Of a stretch of DNA of 64,000 nt, positions 63,681 through 64,000 are shown piece by piece. Location of the stretch: assembly GCA_900767605.1 (NCBI GenBank), contig CAAFZT010000010.1, forward strand, positions 171-64,170, read 5' to 3'. The stretch's first letter is position 1. Each line of letters opens with the position of its first letter. Below the pieces are notes generated by a model that was not told where the DNA came from, did no database searches, and worked only from the letters and a program-made list of their open reading frames with translations. The translations under genes and the position numbers were made by a program. Source of the DNA: Bacilli bacterium (GTDB lineage Bacteria > Bacillota_I > Bacilli_A > RFN20 > CAG-826).

Positions 63681-64000
63681 ATGTACGAAACTGATTTGAA
63701 ATTCGTGGTCTCCCATGACCATAAATCCTCCTATTCCGTCCAGAATCACCTTCATCCCTGTTATGAGATTGTTGTGTATCGAAAAGGGAATGGCATTTCT
63801 CGAATTGGGGGCAAGGATTACCCTTTTCGTTCGGGGACCTTGTCTTTAATCGAACCCAATGTATTACATGGGGAAGAAGGATTAGGACCCGTTGATTTGA
63901 TTTACATTGGGTTCGTAGCAAAGAACCTGGACCAACCCTTGCTATCCGGAGTTTACGAAGAAAGTCGGTTCCATATCCTAAATGACATGGAACTCATTCA
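63681..64000 (+). CDS. AraC-family regulator, N-terminal cupin part (truncated by window end)
   Basis: The frame is open from ATG 63681 to the window edge. The sequence HLHPCYEIVVYRKGNGISRIGGKDYPFRSGTLSLIEPNVLHGEEG is typical of the AraC sensor domain. Confidence 0.65.
   Translation, partial: MYETDLKFVVSHDHKSSYSVQNHLHPCYEIVVYRKGNGISRIGGKDYPFRSGTLSLIEPNVLHGEEGLGPVDLIYIGFVAKNLDQPLLSGVYEESRFHILNDMELI

Noticed and set aside
63604-63921. 105-aa minus-strand ORF near the window end
   Set aside because: It runs antisense to the open-ended AraC-family N-terminal domain (63681 to window edge), which has a clear cupin-type motif.

Overview
This 64 kb window looks like a monoderm (Firmicutes/Mollicutes-like) chromosome. 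Many products carry L-x-x-C lipoboxes, and I recognised no rRNA, tRNA, CRISPR array or transposase. Two large carbohydrate loci alternate with small accessory patches. (i) 1-10.5 kb is an accessory, defence-like island. It holds a DUF4417 three-gene operon facing a three-gene ABC-3C-like set whose ABC ATPase is split by a frameshift at a T6 run. It also holds a DUF3990/HTH pair, an AraC gene stump and an orphan AAA+ ATPase. (ii) 10.5-35 kb is a LacI-controlled beta-1,3/1,6-glucan (laminarin-type) locus with GH81, three GH16, GH30, a GH94/149/161-like phosphorylase, an ABC importer and surface lipoproteins. (iii) 35-42.3 kb holds an A-rich tandem array, a second orphan ATPase, Fic, an ECF sigma module and gene fragments. 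It also holds the most unusual element in the window: a ToxN/AbiQ-type type III toxin-antitoxin locus with two different tandem RNA-repeat arrays, each with its own promoter, plus a decayed second toxN copy nearby. (iv) 42.3-46.9 kb is a phnDCEE-like ABC transporter with an appended P-loop kinase. (v) 47-51.4 kb holds a third orphan ATPase bracketed by 41-nt palindromic direct repeats, a SHOCT membrane protein and a DUF2075 nuclease-helicase. (vi) 51.4-64 kb is a second glycan locus (GH2, clan GH-A-like hydrolase, ABC importer, nucleoside-hydrolase homologue, ribokinase) next to a divergent AraC regulator. All family calls come from motif recognition by eye; no database search was run.
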